Shown here piece by piece: positions 13,562-26,263 of a DNA stretch of 38,796 nucleotides. The stretch is from assembly GCA_002633005.1 (NCBI GenBank), contig NMRA01000356.1:1-38796 (forward strand), given 5' to 3'. The stretch comes from Phoronis australis. Its lineage: Eukaryota; Animalia; Phoronida. The position numbers were made by a program, and so were the translations under genes. The notes under the pieces were generated by a model. That model ran no database searches. It was given only the letters and a program-made list of their open reading frames with translations, and was not told where the DNA came from. The first letter of the stretch is position 1, and the number at the start of each line of letters is the position of its first letter.

Positions 13562-13719
13562 ATGCCAGGATACTCGGTTCGTATGAAAGAAGAAGATGAG
13601 AAGCAGCTGGATACAGACATGCTATGTGTGTCCTGTCATAACCTTCTGCGTAATGCACGTCAGGTACAGGACTGTGGGCACTTATACTGTGAAGATTGTC
13701 TGCGTCTTGTTATAGCCAG
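13562..13719 (+). CDS. TRAF: TRAF-family (TRAF2/3-like) E3 ligase/adaptor, coding exon 1: start and most of the RING finger
   Basis: ATG at 13562 with an in-frame TAA just upstream. Encodes MPGYSVRMKEEDEKQLDTDMLCVSCHNLLRNARQVQDCGHLYCEDCLRLVIA (CxxC...CGHxxCxxC RING, TRAF-like 'PGY' start). Ends at donor CAG|GTATGT, phase 2. Confidence 0.9.
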
Positions 13720-13816
13720 GTATGTTATGCGCACTGTTGCTGTAGTACTGTGTCTTGTTATAGCCAGGTATGTTATGTGCACTGTTGCTGTAATACTGCG
13801 TCTTGTTAGAGCCAGG
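13704..13816 (+). repeat. 48-bp tandem repeat spanning the TRAF exon 1 donor; third copy completed at 15802-15838
   Basis: Unit GTCTTGTTATAGCCAG|GTATGTTATGCGCACTGTTGCTGTAGTACTGT. Confidence 0.93.
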
Positions 13817-15801
13817 CAGTGGCGAATCTATGGGGGGTTCTGGGGGTTTAAACCCCCCCTCGGGCCAGGACCCAAAACTTAAAAAAAACAGAACAAAAAC
13901 GTCTCCAGCAAAACAAAAACGGCACCGCCAGCATGTGTATACCCCAAGTAAACCAACTTGGAAAAAAATGAGAGGGGGGGGTTCACTCTGAAAATATATT
14001 TTTTGCATTGTGAATTGCTGTTATGAAAATCAACGCGTTTCGAGTCTTCGTTGGTCATCGGCAAAACCCCGGAGATAAATTGTGCGCATGCTTCCGACGA
14101 CACTTCTGAAGTAGCCAAGCATTTTAGATGGATCCACCGCTGAAAGAGCAGCTCTATAGCTGATTTCTTTAGGTAACTAGTTTCTTTACTCTAAGATATG
14201 TTTTGATTTGATTAGGGGAAATACTGTGGTGACGCAACCCTGATATTCAGGCGAATTGATGTGCAACGTTTTTACCTCATCTGTCATGTTGTGTCATCCT
14301 ATTACAACCCACACATTTGTAACTCGAATTTGACTGGTGTATAGTAAAGTTGTCTAGCGCAATAGCATACAGTGTACATGTACATGTAATACTTTTGAAA
14401 AAAAATTGTTTTCCGAAGAATTGCTATGTATTGTGGCGGGCATCGTGGTCTGGTCGCGAGGCTGTTTAAAGATGCACTTATGACTATACAAGGACTGACC
14501 AAGGGGGCACTCACATTGACAAAGTGACCGCATTCGCGAACAGTGTACAGTACGAGAAATTGCACGGAGGCTGTATTTTCACAACAAAGTCTTGCGGGAC
14601 TCGTGCGATGTTCAGTGGGCCTCCTAAGGAGGCCTAGTGCCGACTTCAACATCTACCGTCTTTCTACCTGCAATAAGCACCACTGCCGTTTTCTATACAG
14701 GGAATTTCCGCAGAAAGGCCCACCCGACGAAACACCCATGCCCATGGGCATTTATTTGATGTTAGTACTTCGGGTTTCAAGCGTTCAGACATTGGGACGT
14801 TTATTTCGAAAATTGCAAGAGATGCAAATGGGTCCTGGGATACATCGTCAAGGTTTGAAGTAGTCCATGATGAACGGATCAAATTTAGTTGCGCATGCTG
14901 TAAGTCTTTTGAGTGGACTTGGTAACCTCAGGGGGCTTAGAGCCAACTGAGCTGCGAAACGAGATGCTGACATTGTAGAGGCGTACAAGCTCATTGACAC
15001 AGCAGTTGATGAAGTGCAAGCGTTGGGAAAAAACATCGAAGATGTCTGGGTATGATGGTTCCAAGAGCAGCAAACCATTGGATCCGATGTACAGATTCCT
15101 CGGCAGTCTAGTCAACAGAAAGATAGGACCAACGTTCCTGGAGAAACACCCAGGTAATAAGTTATAATTCTACACAGTTTGTAATAATGTCGGCTTTTTA
15201 TGCTTGTTTACAATGAAAACGAAATAGAAATTATTTTTNNNNNNNNNNNNNNNNNNNNNNNNNNNNNNNNNNNNNNNNNNNNNNNNNNNNNNNNNNNNNN
15301 NNNNNNNNNNNNNNNNNNNNNNNNNNNNNNNNNNNNNNNNNNNNNNNNNNNNNNNNNNNNNNNNNNTGGTATTCAAGTTTTTACGCCCCGTCGTTGCTCC
15401 TTATGCTCTTGGATATTTGGTAGTTGTCTAAACCCCTGTATACCCACCACACTTTTTTGTATGCTAAAAAGGTGTGTGTAAGCAGATGTTCCAACAAAAA
15501 TTTTTGCTGGTGGTGTGACTCATACCCACATGTGCACAAATATGGTTTCACAAAACTTATGAGCCAAGTTCATGTGACGAAATCGAGAAGGGTTTTTAAT
15601 TATCTTAAGAAAAACTCCAGGGACATGTTAAGTGCCAGAAACGTACCAGGATGCATGGAAATTTCACTGTTTGGCTACAAAAACAAAACGTTGTCTTACC
15701 CCCCTCCCGACCTCTCCCTCCGCTCGGCGCCACACGCCTCGGATTCGACCTTTGCGGGAATCCTAAACCCCCCCCTTACTGAAAACGTAGATCCGCCACT
15801 G
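13817..15801 (+). mobile_element. Decayed hAT-superfamily DNA transposon in TRAF intron 1
   Basis: TIRs CAGTGGCGAATCTA / TAGATCCGCCACTG (13/14 match). Flanked by CCAGG on both sides (13812-13816, 15802-15806). Interrupts a host 48-bp repeat unit that resumes afterwards. Contains a transposase remnant and a 128-N gap (15239-15366). Confidence 0.85.
14885..15152 (+). pseudogene. hAT transposase fragment (resembles PRKRIR/ZMYM1/Tip100-type), two in-frame stops
   Basis: One frame reads LVAHAVSLLSGLGNLRGLRAN*AAKRDADIVEAYKLIDTAVDEVQALGKNIEDVWV*WFQEQQTIGSDVQIPRQSSQQKDRTNVPGETP. This resembles the LSxxLQ...DIxxA...PRxxxRQxxRxNxP..TP segment of this family. Recognised by eye only. Confidence 0.65.
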
Positions 15802-16070
15802 CCAGGTATGTTATGTGCGCTGTTGCTGTAGTACTGTGTAGAAACATCCAGGCTGGGAAATGTACTTGCGTACCTCCACGTCCATCAAATAATCAATTCC
15901 TGAAATACCACAGGGCTGTACCTCAATTCGTATTATTTACCCACAATGCTGTGTTTCCAGTTGCACACTACTACTGCAGCCATGTTTATTACTATATTAC
16001 TGCAAAATTGCTCGGATATGTCTTAGATAGAGTTGTGGTGGTTATGGCACAACTGTCTAATCTGTGCTTG

Positions 16071-16239
16071 GGGGTCTGTGTATAGGTTGAGGGGTCTGTG
16101 TCTAGGTTTAGGGGTCTGTGTCTAGGCTTAGGGGTCTGTGTCTAGGTTTAGGGGTCTGTGTCTAGGTTTAGGGGTCTCTGTCTAGGTTTAGGGGTCTGTG
16201 TCTAGGTTTAGGGGTCTGTGTCTAGGTTTAGGGGTCTGT
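16071..16239. repeat. 20-bp minisatellite, ~8.5 copies
   Basis: Unit GGGGTCTGTGTCTAGGTTTA. Confidence 0.95.
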
Positions 16240-18770
16240 TTCATGAAAGTGACAAGATAGAAATGTGCTGTTGTGCTTCCACTTCACAATAAATGTTGTT
16301 CCAGCAAAAGACGTATGGAAGGGGAAAGGCACTTTCATTTTTTACCCACCCCCATATTTTTCTTTTATTTTTCTAAACCACGACCCATAATTTTTAACCA
16401 AATTAAAACATAAAATGCAACCACCCTTATTTTTAAATAATGCTTGAACTGTACATGGTAATTAGGTTTTATTCTCTTAAGATATTTTTGTTCTTCGGAG
16501 TTTCATGAGCCCACAACTTCCAGCAGACACAACATCCCAGGCAAGGAATAAAAATTCACACGTGCTTTCCAATGAACTGCGACTGATGAACAAGAATGTT
16601 GGTATGCTCACTTCCTGTGCATTGCAAATGGCAGATGCTAGGGGTGCGCATTATTTCAAAATTCCTACAAGAAGGAGCAAGACAGTACTTAGATGATTGA
16701 TGGACAAGAACAAGCTGTCTTGTTGAATGTCGAAAACTAAAGCGACCAAAATGAAAATCGACTTCTGTCAGCGCATCCGTCTCTGTCATATATTTTTGTG
16801 ACACATTTCATTCAGTTGTGCCTAGCAGTTTTTGAGACAATCAACTTGTCAAAATCTAAAATGGCTAAGAGCGGGTGCTACTGTAGCCAAATCTGTCCGA
16901 AAATTGACCTGTCGCCAAGATTTTGAGTGATGGCTTAACTGACCATTTAGAACGCAGCATTATTGACACACCTTCGTTTTCAAGCCGCCATTTTACTCGA
17001 CAAACAACGCGTTGCCGAGTAAAACTTATTGTTTGTTAGTCGACATTACACAAGGGGGCGGAGCTTGCGATAGGTCAATTGACTGGTGCCGGTGCACACC
17101 AGCCATCTATCTCTATGTCAAATGTCATCTTGATAATCAATGGACAAGCAATGAAATGAGCAGTCGAAAACAAACACGGGGTGCCACAGTTGTTGAATCT
17201 GTCCAAAAAGTTACATTGTCGCCATATACCTCTGTGTCGAATTTCATTGTGATCCGTTTAGCAGTTATTGTGAGAATCGACACACAAGGAATCGCCCAAC
17301 ATTGGTACCACGGTAGCCAAATCCATCCGAAAATCGACTGGTACTGGCACCTCCCTGCTTAGTACTTCAATACCAAATTTCATCGTGATCTGCTAAGCTG
17401 TTCTTGAGATAATTGATGACAAGAAGTGATAATGACAGACAGAACTATTGACAGACAGACAAATGGATGGATGGGATGCTGACTATAAGTGACCACAATA
17501 GTTTTTCTGGGTGCAGAAAAATTCCATGTGAGGTGACAACTCTTGTCAGTTACCACAAACTTGCTTACAGAGAGACCTGTGAGCAATACTTTAGGCAGCC
17601 ACCAGGTGTCTTTGTCCACCATGTGCCTGTAATTTCATTAAGATTTTTTCAAGTTCAAGAATCTACAAATCCCAAAGTGTTTCCACAGAAACTTTTAGGC
17701 TGCTATGCCAAGTGACTATTGGAACTTGTCTACTTGACTCCTCATATTGTTTATTCCTCAGTGTTGTAGTAATTTTAATAGGGCTCTACAACATGTGCCT
17801 GCTATCAGGTTGTCCATGACTTGAGTAATTGCACAGTGCACATGTTGCAGTCTGTACACTAGAACATGGGGTTGTTTTGTTGTTTTGTTGGTTTGTTGTT
17901 TTTTGGGCATCTGCCAAGTGAATTTTTGGTGATTTTTTCAGAAGGTATTGATGTGTGTTTGGAAATGTTAAACTGCTGAACGTTTCAAAAATTNAATTTC
18001 ATCGTGATCTGCTAAGCTGTTCTTGAGATAATTGATGACAAGAAGTGATAATGACAGACAGAACTATTGACAGACAGACAAATGGATGGATGGGATGCTG
18101 ACTATAAGTGACCACAATAGTTTTTCTGGGTGCAGAAAAATTCCATGTGAGGTGACAACTCTTGTCAGTTACCACAAACTTGCTTACAGAGAGACCTGTG
18201 AGCAATACTTTAGGCAGCCACCAGGTGTCTTTGTCCACCATGTGTCTGTAATTTCAATAAGATTTTTTCAAGTTCAAGAATCTACAAATCCCAAAGTGTT
18301 TCCACAGACACTTTTAGGCTGCTATGCCAAGTGACTATTGGAACTTGTCTACTTGACTCCTCATATTGTTTATTCCTCAGTGTTGTAGTAATTTTAATAG
18401 GGCTCTACAACATGTGCCTGCTATCAGGTTGTCCATGACTTGAGTAATTGCACAGTGCACTTGTTGCAGTCTGTACACTAGAACATGGGGTTGTTTTGTT
18501 GGTTTGTTGTTTTTTGGGCATCTGCCAAGTGAATTTTTGGTGATTTTTTCGGAAGGTATTGATGTGTGTTTGGAAATGTTAAACTGCTGAACGTTTCAAA
18601 AATTAGATCGATCATACAATGAGTTTTTTCCACCTCCTTGCGAGAGTAATCATGTTAAATTTGAGGTGTTCAAGTTTAATTGAAAAGTTCAATTTTCAAA
18701 ACGTTGGGATGTGGCTATTACACAACCATATTGTTTTATTTATTTTGTGTATTTTTCCTTTTATCTCCAG

Positions 18771-18828
18771 GGACCATAAGTGCCTAATAACAGAATGTGG
18801 TGTACCTATACATTCACTTGATGACGAG
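18771..18828 (+). CDS. TRAF: TRAF gene coding exon 2: end of RING
   Basis: Long pyrimidine tract and CTCCAG acceptor. The phase-2 junction restores R, then DHKCLITECGVPIHSLDDE supplies the last RING Cys pair. Donor GAG|GTAAGG. Confidence 0.8.
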
Positions 18829-19340
18829 GTAAGGTTTTTTCTCATAATGTGCAAAAATTGCCCTTAACTCCCATAGTTTACGTTCTAGCTATGGCCGTCA
18901 GGGGTGCCTTTTCTCCGTAAGACCCTCTCCTTCATGATCACCATGATAGTTATCTGGCTCGGTGTGCATCTACTTAACAAATATCTCGCCTCCTATATAG
19001 TTGATATCAAACAGTACCTCAATAGCTGTCAGCCGTCCTATGACCTACTTGCAATATACATGGTGTCTTTCTGTTGTGACTTGTGTTTGACATTATGGTG
19101 AAATCTCTTCATTTAGGACAAAAATGGAGGAAAAGTGAAATTTATTTATTTTCTTTTTAATGGGATATTAAAGTATTGGCAAATATTATGTGCTTTATCA
19201 CCCACTTCTGTGCCACCGGACAATTTTGAGAAGCTGTGAACATACTTTATAGACATGTATCTGGCCAAATATGACACATTGGAAACTAAGCATGAAATGG
19301 AACTCGTGATTTTAACTCCAATCATAACTAGAGTGTTCAT

Positions 19341-19510
19341 GTTGTGGGTCATTGCCTCATTCTGAACATTAACAGAAGTGTTGTGTGTTGTGGGTCACTG
19401 CCTCATTCTGAACAGTAACTGAAGTGTTGTGTGTTGTGGGTCACTGCCTCGTTCTGAACATTAACAGAAGTGTTGTGTGTTGTGGGTCACTGCCTCATTC
19501 TGAACATTAA
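19341..19510. repeat. 46-bp minisatellite, ~3.7 copies
   Basis: Unit GTTGTGGGTCACTGCCTCATTCTGAACATTAACAGAAGTGTTGTGT. Confidence 0.93.
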
Positions 19511-21411
19511 AACATGAAGTAAAGCCAAAAGATGGCGTAACTAGTTTTGCATCGTCTCACTACAATGCATTTTGAAACCTGCACTTCACTGTTTAACGTG
19601 AAAAGCGCCCAATAGACCACTTGCTGATTGTATGAAGATGAAGCATGTAAACGCAAGAGCAGATAGAACTGTCTGCCAACAGGGGACAGAGTAGGGAGAA
19701 TTGATAGTTTATCTCGTGTCCAACTATATGCAGATGTCGATAGCCGCGACCTATAAATCTCACGTTTTACGTACTCGCAGCGTAACATTTCGTTAGTTTT
19801 AAAAAGTTATATTAACTGTGGCATTTGAGGGGTGTTAACTCACTATGTACTACAAAATGCTTATGAAACGTTGCACCGGGTATAATGGAGTTCAACACTT
19901 AATGTGGCAAGCCAGCTAGCTGTGTGTATGAACGCTGTGGTCAAAATACAGCTAGGAACCACTGTGTGTTTAGCCACCCAGCTAGCTGTATGAAGACTAT
20001 CGTCAAAATAGTTAGGAAGCACTGTGTGTTAAGCTCCATTAGACCCCGACATTTCACACAGTTCAGGTACCAGTTCTGCTTGTCACCTCATCATGAAACT
20101 AATGACTGGCAGAGGTGCATGCAAATCTGGGAGTCAACCTATACTCACCTCACCTGTTGCAGCCGTTAAAGTGAAAACAATTTAATTAACATCATTTTCT
20201 TGCATAATTCTCCCCTTATTTGAAACTAAGAAAAGTTTCTTGTCCTTTTGAAAACCGTAGAGTCATGAAACATGCACGTACCATTTCCTTAAACTTTTAC
20301 GACATCACCCGGGAGATCATGACAGCCTCGTAGCACCAAACTTTGTTCTGAAATTCGGTTTGTTGGTATTAAAAACTGCCGAAAATTTGTAAAGAAATGA
20401 AACATAATGTGTTGTGATAGGTATGCAACCTCATGACTGTGAGAGAGAAGAGTTGATTGAAGAATCGGCGAAAAAATGCCCTTAATAGGTGACGCAATAT
20501 TTCATGGCGCCAAACGCCAAAGCAAAAGATCACACCACAATTTTAGCAGCAGATTATTGGTAGACTGCCAATTTTTCCAAAACCGATAAATAATTAAGTT
20601 TACTCAACTAAGGGTGCAGTTTTTAATGATGCTTATTTTGTGTCAAATTTTACTTGGTCATTATTTTACCTTCTTAAGAGTAAAGCTGTGTAAATACAGC
20701 TTGCACCAAGGCTATACACAGTGGTACCTAGCTGCATTTTGACGACAAGTCTTCCTACAGCTGGCTGGCTAGCTGTCATTTACTCTGATTCCATGATCTA
20801 ATAACCACCGACGAAGCTGTGGCACTGTCGGCAACGCAAAACTTTCTATTGACACTGAAAATTATAATAGAATATCCAACGCGAGATGAATGAGGCTGCA
20901 TACAACACAATGGCAAATATGTTTGGTTCTGTCCTCCCACGCGTGACATCATAGCTGTTTACGACAACTAAGAATAAACCTGCAAGTAGACTATTCTGTG
21001 ACTTTGTGAAATTCGAGTCATAGTTCTAAGCATTTTGAATTTGTTTGCATTTGGTATTGGTGTTAAACAATTTGTGTCATATTGTTAGAATATTTGATGT
21101 CACTAGCATTGAGTATCAGGGTGAACTCAGCAGTACAGTCAATCGGCATTCTGAGTCTAAGCTTGATGCAGGGAAATGAATGTACTCAAGTGAGCGCTGT
21201 AAGTGAGGTCCATTGTAATGTGATCAGTTGTCTTAGTATCACTATAGCACAATTCACGTACAGTGCTCAATCAATAAATTGTGCTATACTCATCTAAAAC
21301 AGTGCTCAATGATAGATTTTCTACCTGTAAAAACAGGAGAATTAAATTTGTGACATGTCCATTCACTAGGAGATCTTGTGACTGTATGATGGCCTCATTT
21401 ATTGATTTCAG

Positions 21412-21510
21412 ACATTTTTGGATCGTGCCAAGCAGCGTGAGGTGATGGGTGTCATGGTGATGTGTTACAACAGCAAGTGCCCCTGGTATGGTAACCTGAG
21501 AACCCTGGAG
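21412..21510 (+). CDS. TRAF: TRAF gene coding exon 3: linker helix and first half of zinc finger 1
   Basis: TTTCAG acceptor; 99 nt, TFLDRAKQREVMGVMVMCYNSKCPWYGNLRTLE, matching the TRAF pattern FxDxAxxRE...VxC...CxWxGxL. Donor GAG|GTAAGT. Not in the ORF track. Confidence 0.9.
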
Positions 21511-21661
21511 GTAAGTGGAACCCTGGAGGTTGGTGGTTAAGTGCACAATGCCTATTGTAATATGCCTAGTTTTCTCTCTCGCACCAGTTTTCAGTATGAA
21601 CTAGACATCTTTGAACTTAGACATAAAATTTCGTGTCACAAAACCAGAGCTAATTATTCAT

Positions 21662-21773
21662 TTCATGCCAACTGGAGTGTGTTTAAAATCCAGTAAATTC
21701 ATGACAACTGGAGTGTGTTTAAAATCCAGTAAATTCATGCCAACTGGAGTGTGTTTAAAATCCAGTAAATTCA
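21662..21773. repeat. 36-bp tandem repeat, 3 copies
   Basis: Unit TTCATGCCAACTGGAGTGTGTTTAAAATCCAGTAAA. Confidence 0.93.
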
Positions 21774-24342
21774 GGACAAAATCTTGGCACATGTGGCTTC
21801 ACCTACTTTGTGTGACAACTTGTTTTGCTACAACTTGTTTTGCTACAACTTGTGTTGAAAGTTCATTTACAAATATCATAAACTCTAAGAACAACAAATG
21901 ATATTTTATTGCAAGAGGTGTTTGGATCAATTGCTAAATTACTGTGGAAAGAAGTTAATTAGTTTGGCAGTATGGTAGAATCCTCTTATTTTATTTATTT
22001 TTTCGTATGTCTCTTGATGATCTTCTTTATCTTTGGTCTGTGATAAATATTTTGCTTGAGATGGCTATGTAAACTGTGCTTTTGTGTTCCCACTGATGTT
22101 ATCTGGTCTTGCTATGGAGTTACACAAATCAACTGTAACTATTACTTCAGTTACACAAACCAACTGTAACTGCAGTCATTCCCCTCTTATTTTACACATT
22201 ATTTCCTTAAGTATCAGTCCACGGATCCACCGACCACTGTACAGCCAAAAAGCGGCAAGGTGGGGGGTCAGCCATTCTGATCCATGTATAGTCTAATAAA
22301 TCACATTAGGGATGAGAGAAATTGGGTGAAGTATGACACCACAAAGTTTGGTGGTTTAGGAGATACAAGGGAAGTCTTCTGGGGGGCAAAATGAGGCAAT
22401 TTTTTGGTGTGGAATGAGTAATTTTTTACCAAATTTCCTACTCCAGTTTCTGCTTCAAACAGAATCTTTTCTGAACAATTTTGATATCACATGATAGGTT
22501 CATGACCAATGTAATTAAAAACGGCACCAACACTGAGCTATCGGTTACCATGGTAACACTGGAACAGTTTCCGTGGAGGTACATTTCATTCTGGTGAAAA
22601 ACCAACATTAAGTTGTACCATTATAGCGAAGCTGCCCCGCGAGAAAACTAAAAATAATAATTGGACATGTAGAAGACTCCATGCCCTTGAAATTAATACA
22701 ATAAAAACTTTGTCAGCCCTTCAGGCAGGCTTGGTAATAGGTGTCTGAATTTCATTATTTTCAGACCGCGTATGTGTATTTTTCGTATTAAACCAGTCAC
22801 TAGTTGTGCGCTGTTTCTACGCATTAAAATGCCATGGTATAGTACAACAATTAAAAGAATTGGTTTGCTTAAATGTTTATCATTAATTTTAAGAGGTATT
22901 ATCTGAGAAAACCTGCAGAGGTTGGCGGAGGCAAGTTAAAATGCATGGATTTTGACAATGGGTTTTATTAAGAATATCAAACAATAAGAGAAAAGGTTGT
23001 TTTAAAAACTCCAAAAAATGTTTTGTGTGGATTACAGCACATCCACTATTCCCATGTATTCCAATAGGGAAATGGGCAGTATGTGTGGAATTTCAAAAGG
23101 CTTTTATTAAAAAGTGGTTCCTATCTATTTAAAGTGAGATATTTTCTTCTACCAAACTAAGGTGAAACAAAAATATCCCATTGTCAAATTTGTAGGAGTT
23201 TTTTCACAGTTCCTTTGAAATGCTGCCTAGTACGGAGAATTTTGGGTAATTCTTTGAAGCTCTTCAGCATTGGAGGTAAAATTGAACAGTTTACCAAAAC
23301 AGGAAAAGTCGATAGCCTCTGTTTGTACAGCGATTTCCTTGGAAAATTTGGCTCTTATTTATGTACAGATACATGGTATTTATTTAATAATTAGTAAAAC
23401 TATGTTAAGTTGTTATTTTTACTTCGCGTGGAATGGGTTGCTGTAGATACAATAGCACTAAGCAATGTTTATTATTCATTAGCAGGCCCCGCCAGACTCG
23501 ATTTCCTAGTCAATCGACGAAAATTGCGATTGTGTTTGAAATTCTTGCTAGTTTGATAGTGTATTAAGCAATTTCTAGTATTCACTCTTTCAACTGGCTA
23601 TTATTTCAAGAACTGGGTCGTGTATGGTGATTCCCTCATAAGTTGACGAAGCACGGCTTAACAAAAGCTAGCCTTGGTACAAAGCCAGCTGGCTAAACAA
23701 AAGCCATTGGTTCAGTCAAGGTGATGTTTTGATATACGTCTTTTGGATAATGGAGTAGAATTTTTGACAATATTCAGTACAAAATTGGCAAAAGAATAAA
23801 GGGGAGGGTGGCATATTATGCCAATTAGATTTGTTGCCACAACGTGAGCAAAATAAAAATATTTCTTTACAAAAATACCCAAATATCAAGGAACGTGTAT
23901 CACAACTACACACTTCAGTGCAAGTTGTCGAATGTAGAACTTTCACTTTCTATGCAGAAGATTCCGTTGCTCAAGTTACGAAATCTACAGACAATTTTGA
24001 AAAAGCCGCGAGTTTGAAAAAGTGGTTTGTGACAAAGTAAACATTGTATTCGACATATGCACAACCCCCAAAAATCGCACAAGAGTTTATTCTTAGTAAG
24101 ACACTGGAGTACCCACAACAGGAATCGTCAACGTCAATTCAAGGCTGCACACCACCAAGAAAAAATGTGCTCTCGATTTCAATTTTACAGAACACCTCAA
24201 TTTATAATCACTATTGCACATATTGTCATTATTTTGTGTAGAAATTTTAGCAAAATAGAATTTCATTTGTCGGCCATATTGTGTGCTAAAAATAAAGAAT
24301 TGCCATAATACCCTGATTCTTGGTTGAGAGAGCAATGATCAA

Positions 24343-24552
24343 GCTCTCTAATGAGGTCTCATCCAAGCAATAAACAGGCTCTGTAATGATGGTCTCATCC
24401 AAGCAATGAACAGGCTCTGTAATGAGGTCTCATCCAAGCAATGAACTGGCTCTCTAATGAGGTCTCATCCAAGCAATAAACAGGCTCTGTAATGATGGTC
24501 TCATCCAAGCAATGAACAAACAGGCTCTGTAATCAAGGTTTCATCAGAGCAA
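24343..24552. repeat. ~35-bp minisatellite, ~6 copies
   Basis: Unit GCTCTGTAATGA(T)GGTCTCATCCAAGCAATRAACAG. Confidence 0.9.
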
Positions 24553-24562
24553 TCTAAAAATA

Positions 24563-26263
24563 CCATATTCGCCCTAATAAGCGCCCATGTCCCTAGAAGT
24601 GCCCCCCGCGTGTTTTAAGACTGCTAAAATAAGCACCCAGATTATAAAAATGTTCATGCGAAAAATGCCTTACTGTTTTAAAATTCTACAGTAATGTCTT
24701 CAATTTATCAATGAGATCTGACAACCCTAAAAAATCAATGGAATTTCTAGACCACGAGCCTCGCCGCTATGTCAGTATTTAGCCGTGACTATACACTGTA
24801 GTACTTCAAAAAGAATGCAAATGTTTTGTTGACCTTGCGAGTAACGTGTCCCGCTATGGTCTGGACTTTCAGAATAGAAGCAAACATACAGACCTTCTTC
24901 CTCAACAGGAATCCAAACGTCCATTTCACTCATGAAAACCACAAATTGAAGACTGAAAACTGACCAGTGTTAAAAGCACATGATGGCCAGGAAGTGTGTG
25001 CTACATACATGTATCTATTATCCCAGACGTTAGTGTGTGCTTCATACATGTACCTATCACCCCAGACGTTAGTGTGTGCTTCATACATGTACCTATCATC
25101 CCAGACATTAGTGTGTGCTACATACTTGTACCTATCATCCCAGACATTAGTGTGTGCTACATACTTGTACCTATCATCCCAGACATTAGTGTGTGCTTCA
25201 TACATGTACCTATCATCCCAGACATTAGTGTGTGCTTCATACATGTACCTATCATCCCAGACATTAGTGTGTGCTACATGCATGTACCTATCATCCCAGA
25301 TGTCAGTCTTCAGCAAGTATCTGCTCATGAAACGGGTAACTTAGCATCTTCAAGAAGTACATTTTGGCGCTAATATCCGAAAGTTTCTAATACCAAAAAA
25401 ATCTTGTGCATTATTTTTAAGAGGAATTATTTAAATAATCATAACTGGTGTTTTTCAAGTCAAATATCTGATAAAATGAACCACTGATAGGGAACACTTT
25501 TGCACCCTTACACCCTGAATCTCCCGGAAAATAACTGTTAGACTGTCACGCATCCAGTCACCTGGCAACTCAGTGACATTTATTATTGGCCTTACCGAGA
25601 CAAGTGTTGAGCAGATGAGGCTAGCAAGTGCTTAAACACGTTCTGCTTTACTGCTTGTGTTCATTTCTTTAGTTACAATGCACAGCTAGATCGTAACATT
25701 GCGTTTACTCTGACAAATGAACTCTGATTACACACAGAGCTCACTCAGACACATGCTGATGAACTTCAAAACAAACATCACGTGACCGCAACGTGTGTTT
25801 GTCCGAGATTTTTGTCGTGTTGCGGGGTACAATCTAGCACAGATTTGGATTTAATCTGCAGTTAATCCTGATTCCACAGGAACTTAAAAAAACTGAAGGG
25901 GGATTTCACGTAATTTGTTGAGTTGAAACTGTATTTTTATTCAAGAATTCAAGTTGCCCTATCAACTATCGCAAGGCAGGGACGCATCACTGGGTGAGTT
26001 ATCGCCCTGGGATTTCACCACATTTTTCTGAAAAACGATCATAAATTAATTGCTATCAAACTCGTTAAACGATAGCAAGGCACCACAATTTTGTCGAAAG
26101 TCTGTCATAGGTTACAGATACGTCACAGCATAAATTTGATGAATTCTATCTTCTGATTTCACCCATTTTGGAGACCAAATTTCAACCGCCTTCAGTTACA
26201 ATAAGCGCCCCCCTGATTTAAATTTTTCTAAGCGCCCTGGGCACTTATTAGGTCGTTTTACGT
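24563..26263. mobile_element. Old non-autonomous Tc1/mariner (Tc2/pogo-like) element in TRAF intron 3
   Basis: Left end TA|CCATATTCGCCCTAATAAGCGCCCA; degenerate inverted right end TGGGCACTTATTAGGTCGTTTTACG; subterminal TAAGCGCCC repeats at both ends. Confidence 0.5.
24993..25300. repeat. 39-bp minisatellite, ~8 copies
   Basis: Unit AGTGTGTGCTWCATACATGTACCTATCATCCCAGACATT. Generates periodic ORFs in several frames. Confidence 0.95.

Noticed and set aside
13720-13882. Continuation of the RING ORF to 110 aa
   Set aside because: Read-through into the duplicated intron start and transposon TIR. The RING is properly completed by the exon at 18771.
16071-16239. Interstitial telomeric repeat (contains TTAGGG)
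   Set aside because: The hexamer is only part of a 20-bp unit and is not tandem (TTAGGG)n.
17376-18604. ~615-bp direct duplication giving twin 80- and 82-aa ORFs
   Set aside because: Separated by a single N at 17994 with few allelic-type differences. Probable assembly artefact; the ORFs have no recognisable motif.
24930-25373. Periodic 125-132 aa ORFs on both strands
   Set aside because: By-product of a 39-bp (multiple of 3) intronic minisatellite; no splice or domain support.
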